From Anaerolineae bacterium (GTDB lineage: Bacteria > Chloroflexota > Anaerolineae > UBA1429), in the NCBI GenBank assembly GCA_050949345.1, contig JBMNFN010000001.1, positions 620,786 to 684,785 of the forward strand: 64,000 nt of DNA, in the 5' to 3' direction. Below the pieces are notes generated by a model. It had not been told where the DNA came from and did not search any database. It was given only the letters and a program-made list of their open reading frames with translations. Positions 19,644 through 28,566 of the stretch are shown here, piece after piece. Every line of letters starts with the position of its first letter. Position 1 is the first letter of the stretch. Made by a program: the position numbers and the translations under genes.

Positions 19644-21155
19644 TCAGGCAAAGGGCTGAATGTGTCGCATAAAGTGGACTTCCAAGCCCCTGTAGTGCGC
19701 CTCTTCGTGGGCGTTGAGCAGGGAAAAAATACGCTCACTAAAGAGGGAGGGGTGTCCCTGGTCACCACTCAACACCACACCAAAGGCCACATGCAGCACC
19801 TGGCGCGCATCAAAATCGCTCAGCAGCGAGGGCAGGTCGCTGTCCGGCACGCTGGCGGGATCGGGAACACGCTTCAGCTCTGCTGAAACGTGATAGGAGC
19901 GACGCTCGTACTCGTATCGTTCCGCAGACAAAGCCAGGATCTCGCGAAAGAGAGCCGGCTCGGACTGGGCGACTACCCGCAGTGCCTCGAGATAGCTGGT
20001 GCCCGCCGTCTTCAGGTGAACCAGGTCGCCCGCGTGGCGTGCCGCAATGGGATAGATGGAAAACTTGTCCGAGCCCGAGTGCAGGCTGAGCTTGTAGGGT
20101 CCCAGCGCCCGGGCGATGGCCACGTGCCAGGCCCAGTCCTTCTCAAAAGTGCCCAGGTCGCCGATATAGTCCACGCCTTTTTCAAAGCGCCCCACATACC
20201 GCGGGGCCAGAGACACCCAGTCGACACCCAGCCTCTGCAACTCTCTGGCGATGAACCAGTGCTCCGCGGGACGGGTTGGGGTATCGGTTTCATCCACCGA
20301 TACCTCCACCTCCCAGGGGGCGCCGGCACGCACCCTGCGCAGATGCTCATACAGATCACGGATGTGCGCCAACGCCGCGCCATACTTGCAGGCGGCCCGC
20401 AAAAAGCCCAGCTCGTCCAGCGCGATCACCCGACGCCCGGAGAGCGCCCAGCTGTTGCCCACGTAGCGACGGTAGAGCTCGCCCGCTGTGACACCCAACT
20501 CCCCCCAGGGGAGCGCGGCGTACTTGTCCCGGAGCACCGGCAACGCATCGCTCTCGGCGTCGTTGTCCACCTGATCGCGAGGATCAAAGGTGTACATGAT
20601 ATAGCCGGCAGCGACGCAGCGATCGATATCCTCGGTGGTCTTGAGATGATCGGCGTCGGCCCCGTGCGGTGCACGCCAGCCCTCCTGCAACACACCAAAA
20701 GTGGCGTCATCCAGCACCTGCTCCGGCGTTCGACCGGTGCGCTCCATCTCACGTATGGACTGTTGGGCATACACGGGGACGATCCCCTGTACATGCCGCA
20801 TGGCACGAATGTGTCCGGGCGTTGCCAGACCCAGGCGATCGCCGAGCCCGGCGCTCTTGTGCACACCCACCAGCGAGGGAGCGGTAAAGGGAAGCAGCTG
20901 ACGCAGGCGGCAGGCGTTGGCGTGATCCAACGGCCCCAGGCCCAACCAGTGGGCCTCGTTCTGCCACAGACAGCGCTCCAGCACCACATTCAGGCCCAGC
21001 GGATCGCCGCTGCGACCGAGGACCGCCAGACGTCGGCCCTCCGGACGCCGCACGAGAAACAAGGTGTGTTCCCCTACCGCGTTCAGCGACTGCGGATAGA
21101 CCTCCCCACCCGCGATCGCTGCCAATTGTCGAGTCGTAGCGCTCTGTTCTGCCAT
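19644..21155 (-). CDS. UxaE-like putative tagaturonate/fructuronate epimerase (TIM-barrel sugar-acid epimerase family)
   Basis: About 500 aa with features I associate with the UxaE family (HLKTAGTSYLEAL, DPRDQVD); the family assignment is from memory rather than a search. Start placed at MAEQ, which has an AAGGGGTGA Shine-Dalgarno. Confidence 0.4.
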   Translation of the reverse strand: MAEQSATTRQLAAIAGGEVYPQSLNAVGEHTLFLVRRPEGRRLAVLGRSGDPLGLNVVLERCLWQNEAHWLGLGPLDHANACRLRQLLPFTAPSLVGVHKSAGLGDRLGLATPGHIRAMRHVQGIVPVYAQQSIREMERTGRTPEQVLDDATFGVLQEGWRAPHGADADHLKTTEDIDRCVAAGYIMYTFDPRDQVDNDAESDALPVLRDKYAALPWGELGVTAGELYRRYVGNSWALSGRRVIALDELGFLRAACKYGAALAHIRDLYEHLRRVRAGAPWEVEVSVDETDTPTRPAEHWFIARELQRLGVDWVSLAPRYVGRFEKGVDYIGDLGTFEKDWAWHVAIARALGPYKLSLHSGSDKFSIYPIAARHAGDLVHLKTAGTSYLEALRVVAQSEPALFREILALSAERYEYERRSYHVSAELKRVPDPASVPDSDLPSLLSDFDARQVLHVAFGVVLSGDQGHPSLFSERIFSLLNAHEEAHYRGLEVHFMRHIQPFA

Positions 21156-21312
21156 CAGCGTCGTCACCCCTTTGTCCCTGGGTTTGCGGATGCAGCGCAA
21201 GGGTATCTGGAACACGGAGCGCTGTCAACGACGTGCACGCCACGAGAAACCCTTGCGCACGAGGGAAGCCAGGGGTATCATGGTACGCGAGGCTATCCGC
21301 AGGAGGTGTGTC

Positions 21313-22539
21313 ATGACTGACTTGCCCCGTCCCATCGTGCGCGCTGTGCATTGCGAGCATACAGCCTCCGATGAGGCTGTGTATCAGGCGCTGGTGCGCG
21401 CCAACGAGCCGCTGAGCGCCGCCTGGAAGCGCCTCGCCAACGCACGCCGCATCACCATCAAGATGAACCAGGCCTGGGATCCGGCCCGGCGCCCCCTCTA
21501 CCTCGGCCGCTATCAGGAACTGGTAGATCCTGCGGTGGCGCGGGCGGTTCTCCGCCTGCTGCGCGAGCGCACCACTGCCGAGCTGCGCTGCGTCGAGATC
21601 GCCACCATGATCCGCGGCCGGGACGATTTGAGCTTTGACCAGGCACAGAACCTGCGGGACGTGTTCGCCGAGTTTGGCGTGGTGATCGAGAATGGGAACA
21701 CCGCCCCCCATGGCCTGTACCCGGTGCCCGGTGGAGGCAGCATGTTCCGCCAGTACCAGCTGCCCAGCATTGCTGTCGAGACCGATGCCTTTGTGACCGT
21801 TCAAAAGATAAAGAACCACAAGTTTATGGGCGTGACCCTCGGGCTCAAGAACTTGTTTGGCCTGCCACCCTACGATCCGTATGGCCGGCCGCGGCAATAC
21901 TTTCACCATCTCGTGCGCCTGCCCCACGTGCTGGTGGACCTGGGGCGTATCATCGATCCGGCCCTCACCATCCTGGATGGACTCACCTGCCAGTCGGGCG
22001 GCGAGTGGGGTGGCGATGGACTGGTGGGCGACACGCTGCTGGCGGGCGATCAGGTCATTGCCACCGATGCGGTGGCCACCCACCTGATGGGGCACGATCC
22101 TCTCGGGGACTGGCCAAACCAGCCCTTTGTGCGCGATCGCAATGCGTTGCTGCTGGCGCATCAGTCCGGCTTTGGAACCGCCTGCTTGAACGAGATCGAC
22201 TGGACCTCGGAGGTGCAGGCGCCCATCGGCCAGTTCCTGACCACGGTGACCGATCCGCCGGAGCGGGTTCTGGCCTGGCGACGCTCCACCTGCGAACAGG
22301 CGCTCTACTATCGCGACCACATCGAGTCCTTTGTTGAGCGTTATGCCGGCCAATGGGTGTTGATCCAGAACAACCAGGTGGTGTGGCAGAGCTCCGAGCC
22401 CGCCCTGCCCGCCAGCCGGCGCATCCTGGCCGGTGGAGACGAGGACGCCGCCCTCTTTTTCAAGTACGTCGATCCAGAAGAGGCAGAGGGCGAGCACTGG
22501 GAGGTCTACGAGCGCGAGCTGGAGGCGATGGGCCGGTAG
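21313..22539 (+). CDS. DUF362 domain protein (paralog A)
   Basis: KNHKFMGVTLGLKNLFG and C-terminal ATHLMGHDP blocks are shared with the second DUF362 protein at 57367. AGGAGG Shine-Dalgarno 6 nt before ATG 21313. Confidence 0.65.
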   Translation: MTDLPRPIVRAVHCEHTASDEAVYQALVRANEPLSAAWKRLANARRITIKMNQAWDPARRPLYLGRYQELVDPAVARAVLRLLRERTTAELRCVEIATMIRGRDDLSFDQAQNLRDVFAEFGVVIENGNTAPHGLYPVPGGGSMFRQYQLPSIAVETDAFVTVQKIKNHKFMGVTLGLKNLFGLPPYDPYGRPRQYFHHLVRLPHVLVDLGRIIDPALTILDGLTCQSGGEWGGDGLVGDTLLAGDQVIATDAVATHLMGHDPLGDWPNQPFVRDRNALLLAHQSGFGTACLNEIDWTSEVQAPIGQFLTTVTDPPERVLAWRRSTCEQALYYRDHIESFVERYAGQWVLIQNNQVVWQSSEPALPASRRILAGGDEDAALFFKYVDPEEAEGEHWEVYERELEAMGR

Positions 22540-22561
22540 TAAACCGACAGGGGGACAGCAC

Positions 22562-24034
22562 GTGAGCAGAGACAAGCGACCCAATATCCTCATCTTTCAG
22601 GTGGATCAGGAGCAGGGCCAGGTGACCATGCCCGGCCATCCTTGTCGGACGCCCAATGCTGACCGATTGGCTGCAGAAGGCGTACGCTTTACCCGGGCAT
22701 ACACCATCGCTGCTCACTGCTGCCCGTCCCGCGCCTCGTTCATGTCGGGGCTGAACCCCAGCGGCCACGGCATCTATAACAATGTGCTCAATCGCGCCGC
22801 CATCCACACCTCGTTGAACGCCGGTGTGACGCTGTGGAGCGAGGTACTGGCAGAATCCGGCTACAACCTGGCCTACTCGGGCAAGTGGCACGTTTGCGCG
22901 GACCGGGGCCCGGCAGACGTGGGCTGGAAAGACTATGGGGCTACCTCTGTGGGCGGACGTGATCATCACGGCACCACCTGGGAGGACTGGCGTCTACGGA
23001 CTGCCCAACCGCAAGAGGAAGGGCCGCGTCAACGGGGCACGCTGTTGCGGCCCGGCTGGGGTACCTTGCGCCTTTACGGCACGGGTGGTACCACGCCCGA
23101 GGCAGAACCGTTTACAGAGGGGGATTATCGCATCGTTCAGAACGGGCTGCAGGCGTTGCGTGATCTCACCGCTCAAGATTCGCCCTGGTGCCTGTACATC
23201 GGCCCTAACGGCCCCCACGATCCCTACATCATCCCCGAGCACTATGCCAGGATGTATGATCCTGCCAACGTGCCGCTGCCTCCCAACTGGCACGACGACC
23301 TGCAGGACAAGCCCCGGGTCTATCAGCGGCAGCGCCATTTGTGGAACCAGCTGGGCGAGGACGAGTATCGCGAGGCCATCGCCCATTACTGGGGCTACTG
23401 CACCATGCAGGATGACCTGCTGGGTCTGGTGCTGGACGCCCTGGACCAGACAGGTCAGGCGGACAACACCCTGGTGCTGTTTACCTCTGACCACGGCGAC
23501 TATGCAGGCGCCCACGGCCTGTTCGCCAAGGGCGTAGCCGCCTTTGACGAATGTTATCGCGTGCCCTGGATCATGCGCTGGCCGGCGGGGGTTCGAAATC
23601 CCGGGCGCGAGGTCAGCAGCCTGATTACGCATCTTGATATCGCGGAGACTTTGACCGAGCTGGCAGGGACACGCATGCCCGCAGCAACCAGCGGCAGCAG
23701 CCTGCTTCCCTGGTTGCGCGATGACCCCTCCGCTACTGCCGCTGAGGCTGTCTTTAACCAGTTCAACGGCGTAGAGCTGTACTATTCTCAGCGCATGGTG
23801 CGTACCCAACGCTGGGTGTTCGTCCACAATGGGTTTGACGTCGACGAGCTGTACGACCTGGCGACGGATCCCTGGTGCCTCACCAATCGCGCGGAGGATC
23901 CTGCCTGTCGCGCCGTGGTCAAGGACCTGAGCCGTTTGATGTGGCGCCAGGCTTGCGAGCAGGACGACATTGTCGGAAACCCGTACATGACGGTGGCCCT
24001 GGCTCCTTTTGGCCCCATGGTTGCCTTTGAGTGA
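22562..24034 (+). CDS. Cys-type sulfatase (formylglycine-dependent arylsulfatase family)
   Basis: RPNILIFQVDQ N-terminus and the sulfatase signature AHCCPSRASFMSGLNP (C-x-P-S-R). GTG start with a GGGGGA Shine-Dalgarno, 22 nt after the DUF362 stop. Confidence 0.8.
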   Translation: MSRDKRPNILIFQVDQEQGQVTMPGHPCRTPNADRLAAEGVRFTRAYTIAAHCCPSRASFMSGLNPSGHGIYNNVLNRAAIHTSLNAGVTLWSEVLAESGYNLAYSGKWHVCADRGPADVGWKDYGATSVGGRDHHGTTWEDWRLRTAQPQEEGPRQRGTLLRPGWGTLRLYGTGGTTPEAEPFTEGDYRIVQNGLQALRDLTAQDSPWCLYIGPNGPHDPYIIPEHYARMYDPANVPLPPNWHDDLQDKPRVYQRQRHLWNQLGEDEYREAIAHYWGYCTMQDDLLGLVLDALDQTGQADNTLVLFTSDHGDYAGAHGLFAKGVAAFDECYRVPWIMRWPAGVRNPGREVSSLITHLDIAETLTELAGTRMPAATSGSSLLPWLRDDPSATAAEAVFNQFNGVELYYSQRMVRTQRWVFVHNGFDVDELYDLATDPWCLTNRAEDPACRAVVKDLSRLMWRQACEQDDIVGNPYMTVALAPFGPMVAFE

Positions 24035-24051
24035 GCCAGGGCCGCTGATTG

Positions 24052-25185
24052 CTAGATGTCGGCCACACCGCCATCGGGCCAGAAGGAGCCCGGATAGTCG
24101 CGGGGCTGATACGGCATCTTGTCGATGGCGTCCCAATTCAGCGTGACGCCGAGGCCCGGCGCCTGGGGCAGCTGTACGTATCCATCGACGATGGACAGCG
24201 GCTCAACCAGCACCTGATCTCGCCAGGGTTGGTTCTCTGCGTACTCCAGGATGGTAAAGCCCGGCAGGCAGGCTGCCAGCTGCAGGGAAGCGGCGGTGGC
24301 TACCGGTCCATTGGGGTTGTGCGGCGCCACAGACAGGTGCCAGGTCTCTGCCATGGCAGCGATCTTGAGTGTCTCGAAAATGCCCCCGTCATGGCACACA
24401 TCGGGCTGCACGATGTCGACACACTGTCGCTCCAACAGCTCGCGATAGCCCCACTTGGTAAAGAGGCGCTCGCCGGTGGCCAGTGGCACCCCGGCTTCGG
24501 CCCGCGAGACACGCATCAACTCGTCGACATTCTCGGGCGGTACCGGTTCCTCCAAAAACGCCAGATCCCATGGCTTGAGCACGTGCAGCAGCCGGATGGC
24601 CTGTCCAGCGGTGAGTCTCCCGTGGGCATCCATCATGACTTGTACGTCCTGGCCCACGGCACCGCGCAGCACGCCCAGGCGCTCATCGATGGCATCCAAC
24701 CAGCGTCTCTCATTGGCATAGAGCTCAGGTCCGGGGCAACCGATCTTGAGCGCGCCCCAGCCTCGGTCCACCAACTCCTTGGCGCGAGCGGCCAGGTCCT
24801 CTGGTGTGGCGCCGCCACAGTGCGTGTAGAGTTGGATGCGATCTCGACAGGCACCGCCCAACAGCCGGTAGACCGGCACGCCGAGATCCTTCCCGGCAAT
24901 GTCCCAGAGTGCCTGTTCGATGCCGCTGAGGGCGCTGTCGAGGACGATGCCCCCTCGCCAAAAGCCATGGCGATACAGGATCTGCCAGTTGTGCTCGATG
25001 CGGCGAGCGTCGCGGCCCAGCAGCGGTCGCGAGAGATCCGCTACCGCCGAGCAGACTGCCTGCTCCTTGCCCTCTACGCTGGCCTCACCGACTCCGGTGA
25101 TGCCTGCATCAGTCTCTACCACCACGAACACCCAGGTCTGCCTGCCTCCATAGGCCAGGCGGGTCGTAACGGACGTGATCTGCAT
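24052..25185 (-). CDS. Enolase-superfamily dehydratase, mannonate/galactonate dehydratase-like (paralog 1)
   Basis: MQITSVTTRL .. WVFVVVETDAGITGVGEA N-terminal capping domain and an MR/MLE barrel (KIGCPGP, MMDAHGRL, EEP, DIVQPD). GGAGG Shine-Dalgarno before ATG 25185. Confidence 0.75.
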   Translation of the reverse strand: MQITSVTTRLAYGGRQTWVFVVVETDAGITGVGEASVEGKEQAVCSAVADLSRPLLGRDARRIEHNWQILYRHGFWRGGIVLDSALSGIEQALWDIAGKDLGVPVYRLLGGACRDRIQLYTHCGGATPEDLAARAKELVDRGWGALKIGCPGPELYANERRWLDAIDERLGVLRGAVGQDVQVMMDAHGRLTAGQAIRLLHVLKPWDLAFLEEPVPPENVDELMRVSRAEAGVPLATGERLFTKWGYRELLERQCVDIVQPDVCHDGGIFETLKIAAMAETWHLSVAPHNPNGPVATAASLQLAACLPGFTILEYAENQPWRDQVLVEPLSIVDGYVQLPQAPGLGVTLNWDAIDKMPYQPRDYPGSFWPDGGVADI

Positions 25186-25252
25186 CTCAACCTCCTGCGG
25201 GACCGCTGGTGCTGTCTGCCTCCGACGCAGCCGATCGCGCTCCACGGCCGGC

Positions 25253-25281
25253 TTGGTGCAAACGGCAGCAGCATCTACAAT
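25253..25281 (+). promoter_or_regulatory. Candidate promoter (TTGGTG-17-TACAAT) for the M42-LarC1-GT-GH-ManD operon
   Basis: -35 at 25253-25258 and -10 TACAAT at 25276-25281, 33 nt upstream of ATG 25314, with a GAGGTG Shine-Dalgarno. Confidence 0.4.
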
Positions 25282-25313
25282 ACGCGAGAATGGATACACG
25301 CGCGAGGTGTTGC

Positions 25314-26414
25314 ATGATTGGGACAGCCACCATCGACCAAACCTATCTGATGAAATCGCTCGTCGCGTTGCTGGAGATGCCCAGCCCCACGGGCTATCAC
25401 CGTCCGATCATCGCCTGGCTGGAGGGCACCATCGCCGCGCTCGGCATCTCCGGGTTGCAGATGGTCAAGACGCGCAAGGGCGCCCTGTGCGTCACCCTGC
25501 CCGGCACCTCGCCGCAGGGCACCCGCGCCCTCTCCGGACACATCGACACGCTGGGCGCCATGGTGCGGGCGATCAAACCCAATGGGCGATTGATGCTGAC
25601 CCAGCTGGGCGGCTATGCCTGGAATGCTGTAGAGAGCGAAAACGTGACGGTATACGCCGTTTCTAACGGGCGCACGGTACGGGGGACGATCCAGACGGTA
25701 AGCCCCAGCGTGCACACGGGCCCGGATGTCTATGACGGCAAGCGCAATGACGAGCGCATGGAGGTGCGGCTGGATGCCCGCACCAGCTGTACAGCGGACA
25801 CCCGTGCGCTGGGCATCGACGTGGGGGATTTCGTGTTTTTCGATCCAAGGGTCGAGTGCACCGATACTGGCTATATCAAGAGTCGTCATCTCGATGACAA
25901 GGCCGGCGTGGCAGTGATGCTGGCCGTGTTGCAGGCCCTGGCCGCGTGCGGTGGGGCGCCGGCGGTCCGCACCTCCTTTTACTTTAGCAACTATGAGGAG
26001 GTGGGCCATGGCGCTGCCACGGGCCTGCCTGCGGACCTGCAGGATCTGCTGGTGATCGATATGGCGGCCAGCACCACCGGCGAGCATCAGAATTCGGACG
26101 AGTACTCGGTCGGGATCTGCGCCAAAGACTCCTCGGGTCCCTATGACCTGGAGCTGCGCCGCGAGCTGGTGGCGCTGGCGCAGCAGCACCAGATCCCCTA
26201 TCGTATCGACACCTATCCCCGCTACGGTTCCGACGGCAGTGCGCTGTTGCGTGCCGGCGGCGATGTGCGCGTGGGACTCATCGGCCCCGGGCTGGACGCC
26301 AGCCATGCCTATGAACGCACCCACGTGGACAGCCTCATGGCCACCGCGCGCCTGGCGCTGGCCTATGTTCAGAGCACCTGGCAGGGTACTGATGTAAAGG
26401 ATGGCTTGCCGTGA
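25314..26414 (+). CDS. M42 family peptidase (FrvX/glutamyl aminopeptidase-like)
   Basis: M42 organisation with metal-ligand blocks (SGHIDTLG, HLDDKAG, NYEEVGHGAA); about 366 aa. Confidence 0.7.
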   Translation: MIGTATIDQTYLMKSLVALLEMPSPTGYHRPIIAWLEGTIAALGISGLQMVKTRKGALCVTLPGTSPQGTRALSGHIDTLGAMVRAIKPNGRLMLTQLGGYAWNAVESENVTVYAVSNGRTVRGTIQTVSPSVHTGPDVYDGKRNDERMEVRLDARTSCTADTRALGIDVGDFVFFDPRVECTDTGYIKSRHLDDKAGVAVMLAVLQALAACGGAPAVRTSFYFSNYEEVGHGAATGLPADLQDLLVIDMAASTTGEHQNSDEYSVGICAKDSSGPYDLELRRELVALAQQHQIPYRIDTYPRYGSDGSALLRAGGDVRVGLIGPGLDASHAYERTHVDSLMATARLALAYVQSTWQGTDVKDGLP

Positions 26415-27256
26415 CCAAGATCGCTTACCTGGACTGTTTTTCCGGCGCCGCTGGCGACATGATCCTCGGATCGTTGCTGGACGCTGGCTACCCTCTGGAG
26501 GATCTGCGCCGAGGATTGGCTGCCCTCAAGGTGGAGGGTTACGAGCTGACCCTGGCCCCTGTGCGCCAGCACGGCATCACGGGCAGCAAGTTCGATGTCA
26601 TCGATCACGCTCAAGAGCAACCGGTTCGCAATCTCTCGCTGGTAGGAGAAATCCTGCAGAACACAGATCTGCCGGCCGATGTGATTGAGAAAAGCCTGCG
26701 TGTGTTTACGCGGTTGGGCGAGGCAGAAGCCAAGGTGCACGGTGTGACACTGGATGAGGTCCACTTTCATGAGGTGGGTGCTGTAGACGCCCTAGTGGAC
26801 ATTGTGGGCACCTGCCTGGCGCTGCACGACCTGGGCATCGAACGGGTTTACGCATCGGCCTTGCCCCTGGGCAGCGGCACCGTTCGCACGGACCACGGCC
26901 TGCTGCCGGTGCCCGCCCCGGCGACGCTGGCATTGCTGACAGCTGCCGGCGCTCCCACCATCCCCAGCGACGCCCGGGGGGAACTGGTTACGCCCACGGG
27001 GGCTGCGTTGCTCACCACGCTGGCAACCTTTGAACGCCCCGCCATGTGCGTGCAGCAGGTGGGATATGGTTTCGGCAGTCGCGTCATGCCCTGGGCCAAC
27101 ATGCTGCGGGTGTGGATTGGTGAGGCGGTTGCCCACGTGCCCCCTGCAGCCCACGCACAGGTGCATCCGTCGCCGCACGGGCATCCTCACGACCACGGGC
27201 ATTCCCATCCGCACCCCCACCACCATGGTCCCGACAGCGAGGGTGAGCAGGAGTGA
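26411..27256 (+). CDS. LarC N-terminal domain protein (LarC1-like nickel-binding domain of the NPN nickel insertase) with a His-rich tail
   Basis: MTKIAYLDCFSGAAGDMILGSLLDAG is the canonical LarC/DUF111 N-terminus. The C-terminal tail is HPSPHGHPHDHGHSHPHPHHHG. There is a 4-nt ATGA overlap with the M42 gene, and no LarC2-like ORF follows. Confidence 0.75.
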   Translation: MTKIAYLDCFSGAAGDMILGSLLDAGYPLEDLRRGLAALKVEGYELTLAPVRQHGITGSKFDVIDHAQEQPVRNLSLVGEILQNTDLPADVIEKSLRVFTRLGEAEAKVHGVTLDEVHFHEVGAVDALVDIVGTCLALHDLGIERVYASALPLGSGTVRTDHGLLPVPAPATLALLTAAGAPTIPSDARGELVTPTGAALLTTLATFERPAMCVQQVGYGFGSRVMPWANMLRVWIGEAVAHVPPAAHAQVHPSPHGHPHDHGHSHPHPHHHGPDSEGEQE

Positions 27257-27323
27257 GTGCCTGATGCAGCTCCAGCCGGCAGCGGGACAAAAGCATTCCA
27301 GCATAGAGGCCGGCTCGGGGCGT

Positions 27324-28421
27324 ATGCAGATCCTGGCGCTTGAACCCTACTGTACCGGCTCCCACCGCGACTGGCTCGAGGGCTATGCCCGGGCCAGTCG
27401 CCACCAGGTGGTGACCCTCACCATGCCGGGACAGTTCTGGAAGTGGCGCATGTACGGCGGAGCCGTTACGCTGGCGAGGCGTCTGAGCGAACTGGACACA
27501 CGGCCGGACCTGATTCTGGCTACCAGCATGCTGGATGTGGCCACCTTTCTGGCACTCTCCCGCCAGCGCACCTGGGACATTCCAGTGGCGCTGTACATGC
27601 ACGAGAACCAGCTCACCTACCCGATGCGTCCCGGCGAAAAGCGCGACCTGCACTTTGGGCTGGTCAACTATACCTCGATGCTGGCTGCCGACCGCGTGCT
27701 GTTCAACTCTCGATTTCACCTGGAAGCCTGGTTCGACGAGCTTCCCCGCCTGCTCAAACACCATGCGGATTTCAATGAGCTGGACACCATCCCCCTGCTG
27801 CGAGGCCGCTCCGCGGTCCTGCCTCTGGGCATCGACCTCGCCAGTCTCGATCGCGCACGCCCCAGCCAGCCCCGCAGCGGCCCCTTGCTGATCCTGTGGA
27901 ACCACCGCTGGGAGTATGACAAGGATCCGGCCAGCCTGGTCCAGGCGTTGGACAGGCTGATGGATTGGGGCGGCGAGTTCGAGGTAGCCTTGCTGGGTGA
28001 GCGCTTTGTGAGCGAGCCGCCCGCCTTTGTGGAGGCACGGGAGCGCCTGGGCAGCCGCCTGGTGCACTATGGCTATGTTCCCAGCCGGCAGGCGTATGCC
28101 CGCTGGCTGTGGGAGGCGGACGTGGTGGTCAGCACCGCGATCCATGACTTTTTCGGGGCTGCAACGGTGGAGGCCATGTACTGTGAGTGCTGGCCCCTGC
28201 TGCCCAATCGGCTCGCCTACCCGGAACTGGTCCCGCCAGAGTATCACGGACGCTGCCTGTATGCCAGCCTCGATGATCTGGTGGAGCGTCTGCGCCAGGC
28301 AGCACAGGATCCCATAGCGTTGCGGCAAGGATCGACGTTGCGTTCGGCAGTTGCCCAGTATGATTGGCGAAGGATGGCACCACAATACGACGCCATCCTG
28401 GAGGAAATGGTGCGCCACTGA
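27324..28421 (+). CDS. DUF3524-type glycosyltransferase (GT-B, GTDC1-like)
   Basis: MQILALEPYCTGSHRDW is the N-terminal signature of DUF3524. The C-terminal half looks like GT1/GT4 (EAMYCECWPL). An alternative ATG at 27264 is possible. Confidence 0.55.
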   Translation: MQILALEPYCTGSHRDWLEGYARASRHQVVTLTMPGQFWKWRMYGGAVTLARRLSELDTRPDLILATSMLDVATFLALSRQRTWDIPVALYMHENQLTYPMRPGEKRDLHFGLVNYTSMLAADRVLFNSRFHLEAWFDELPRLLKHHADFNELDTIPLLRGRSAVLPLGIDLASLDRARPSQPRSGPLLILWNHRWEYDKDPASLVQALDRLMDWGGEFEVALLGERFVSEPPAFVEARERLGSRLVHYGYVPSRQAYARWLWEADVVVSTAIHDFFGAATVEAMYCECWPLLPNRLAYPELVPPEYHGRCLYASLDDLVERLRQAAQDPIALRQGSTLRSAVAQYDWRRMAPQYDAILEEMVRH

Positions 28422-28566
28422 GGCGCAAAACGGCCCTCCCTTCGTCCCCCTGGTCCCCAGTTGCCCCCTTGGTCCCCTGACAGCCCTGCCGGTGCCCTGC
28501 CTTGCGATTGACGACGAGCGGCCCCTTGCCGTATTGTTCCCAGGAGTTGCACCAAGGAGGTACAGC

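Noticed and set aside
27200-27800. Possible programmed frameshift producing a fused LarC1–LarC2, as in L. plantarum larC
   Set aside because: The only long ORF continuing past the LarC1 stop in another frame is the DUF3524 glycosyltransferase reading frame (MQILALEPYCTGSHRDW...). Its upstream extension (27030..27323) is low-complexity Cys/Pro/Arg-rich read-through, not a LarC2-like domain.
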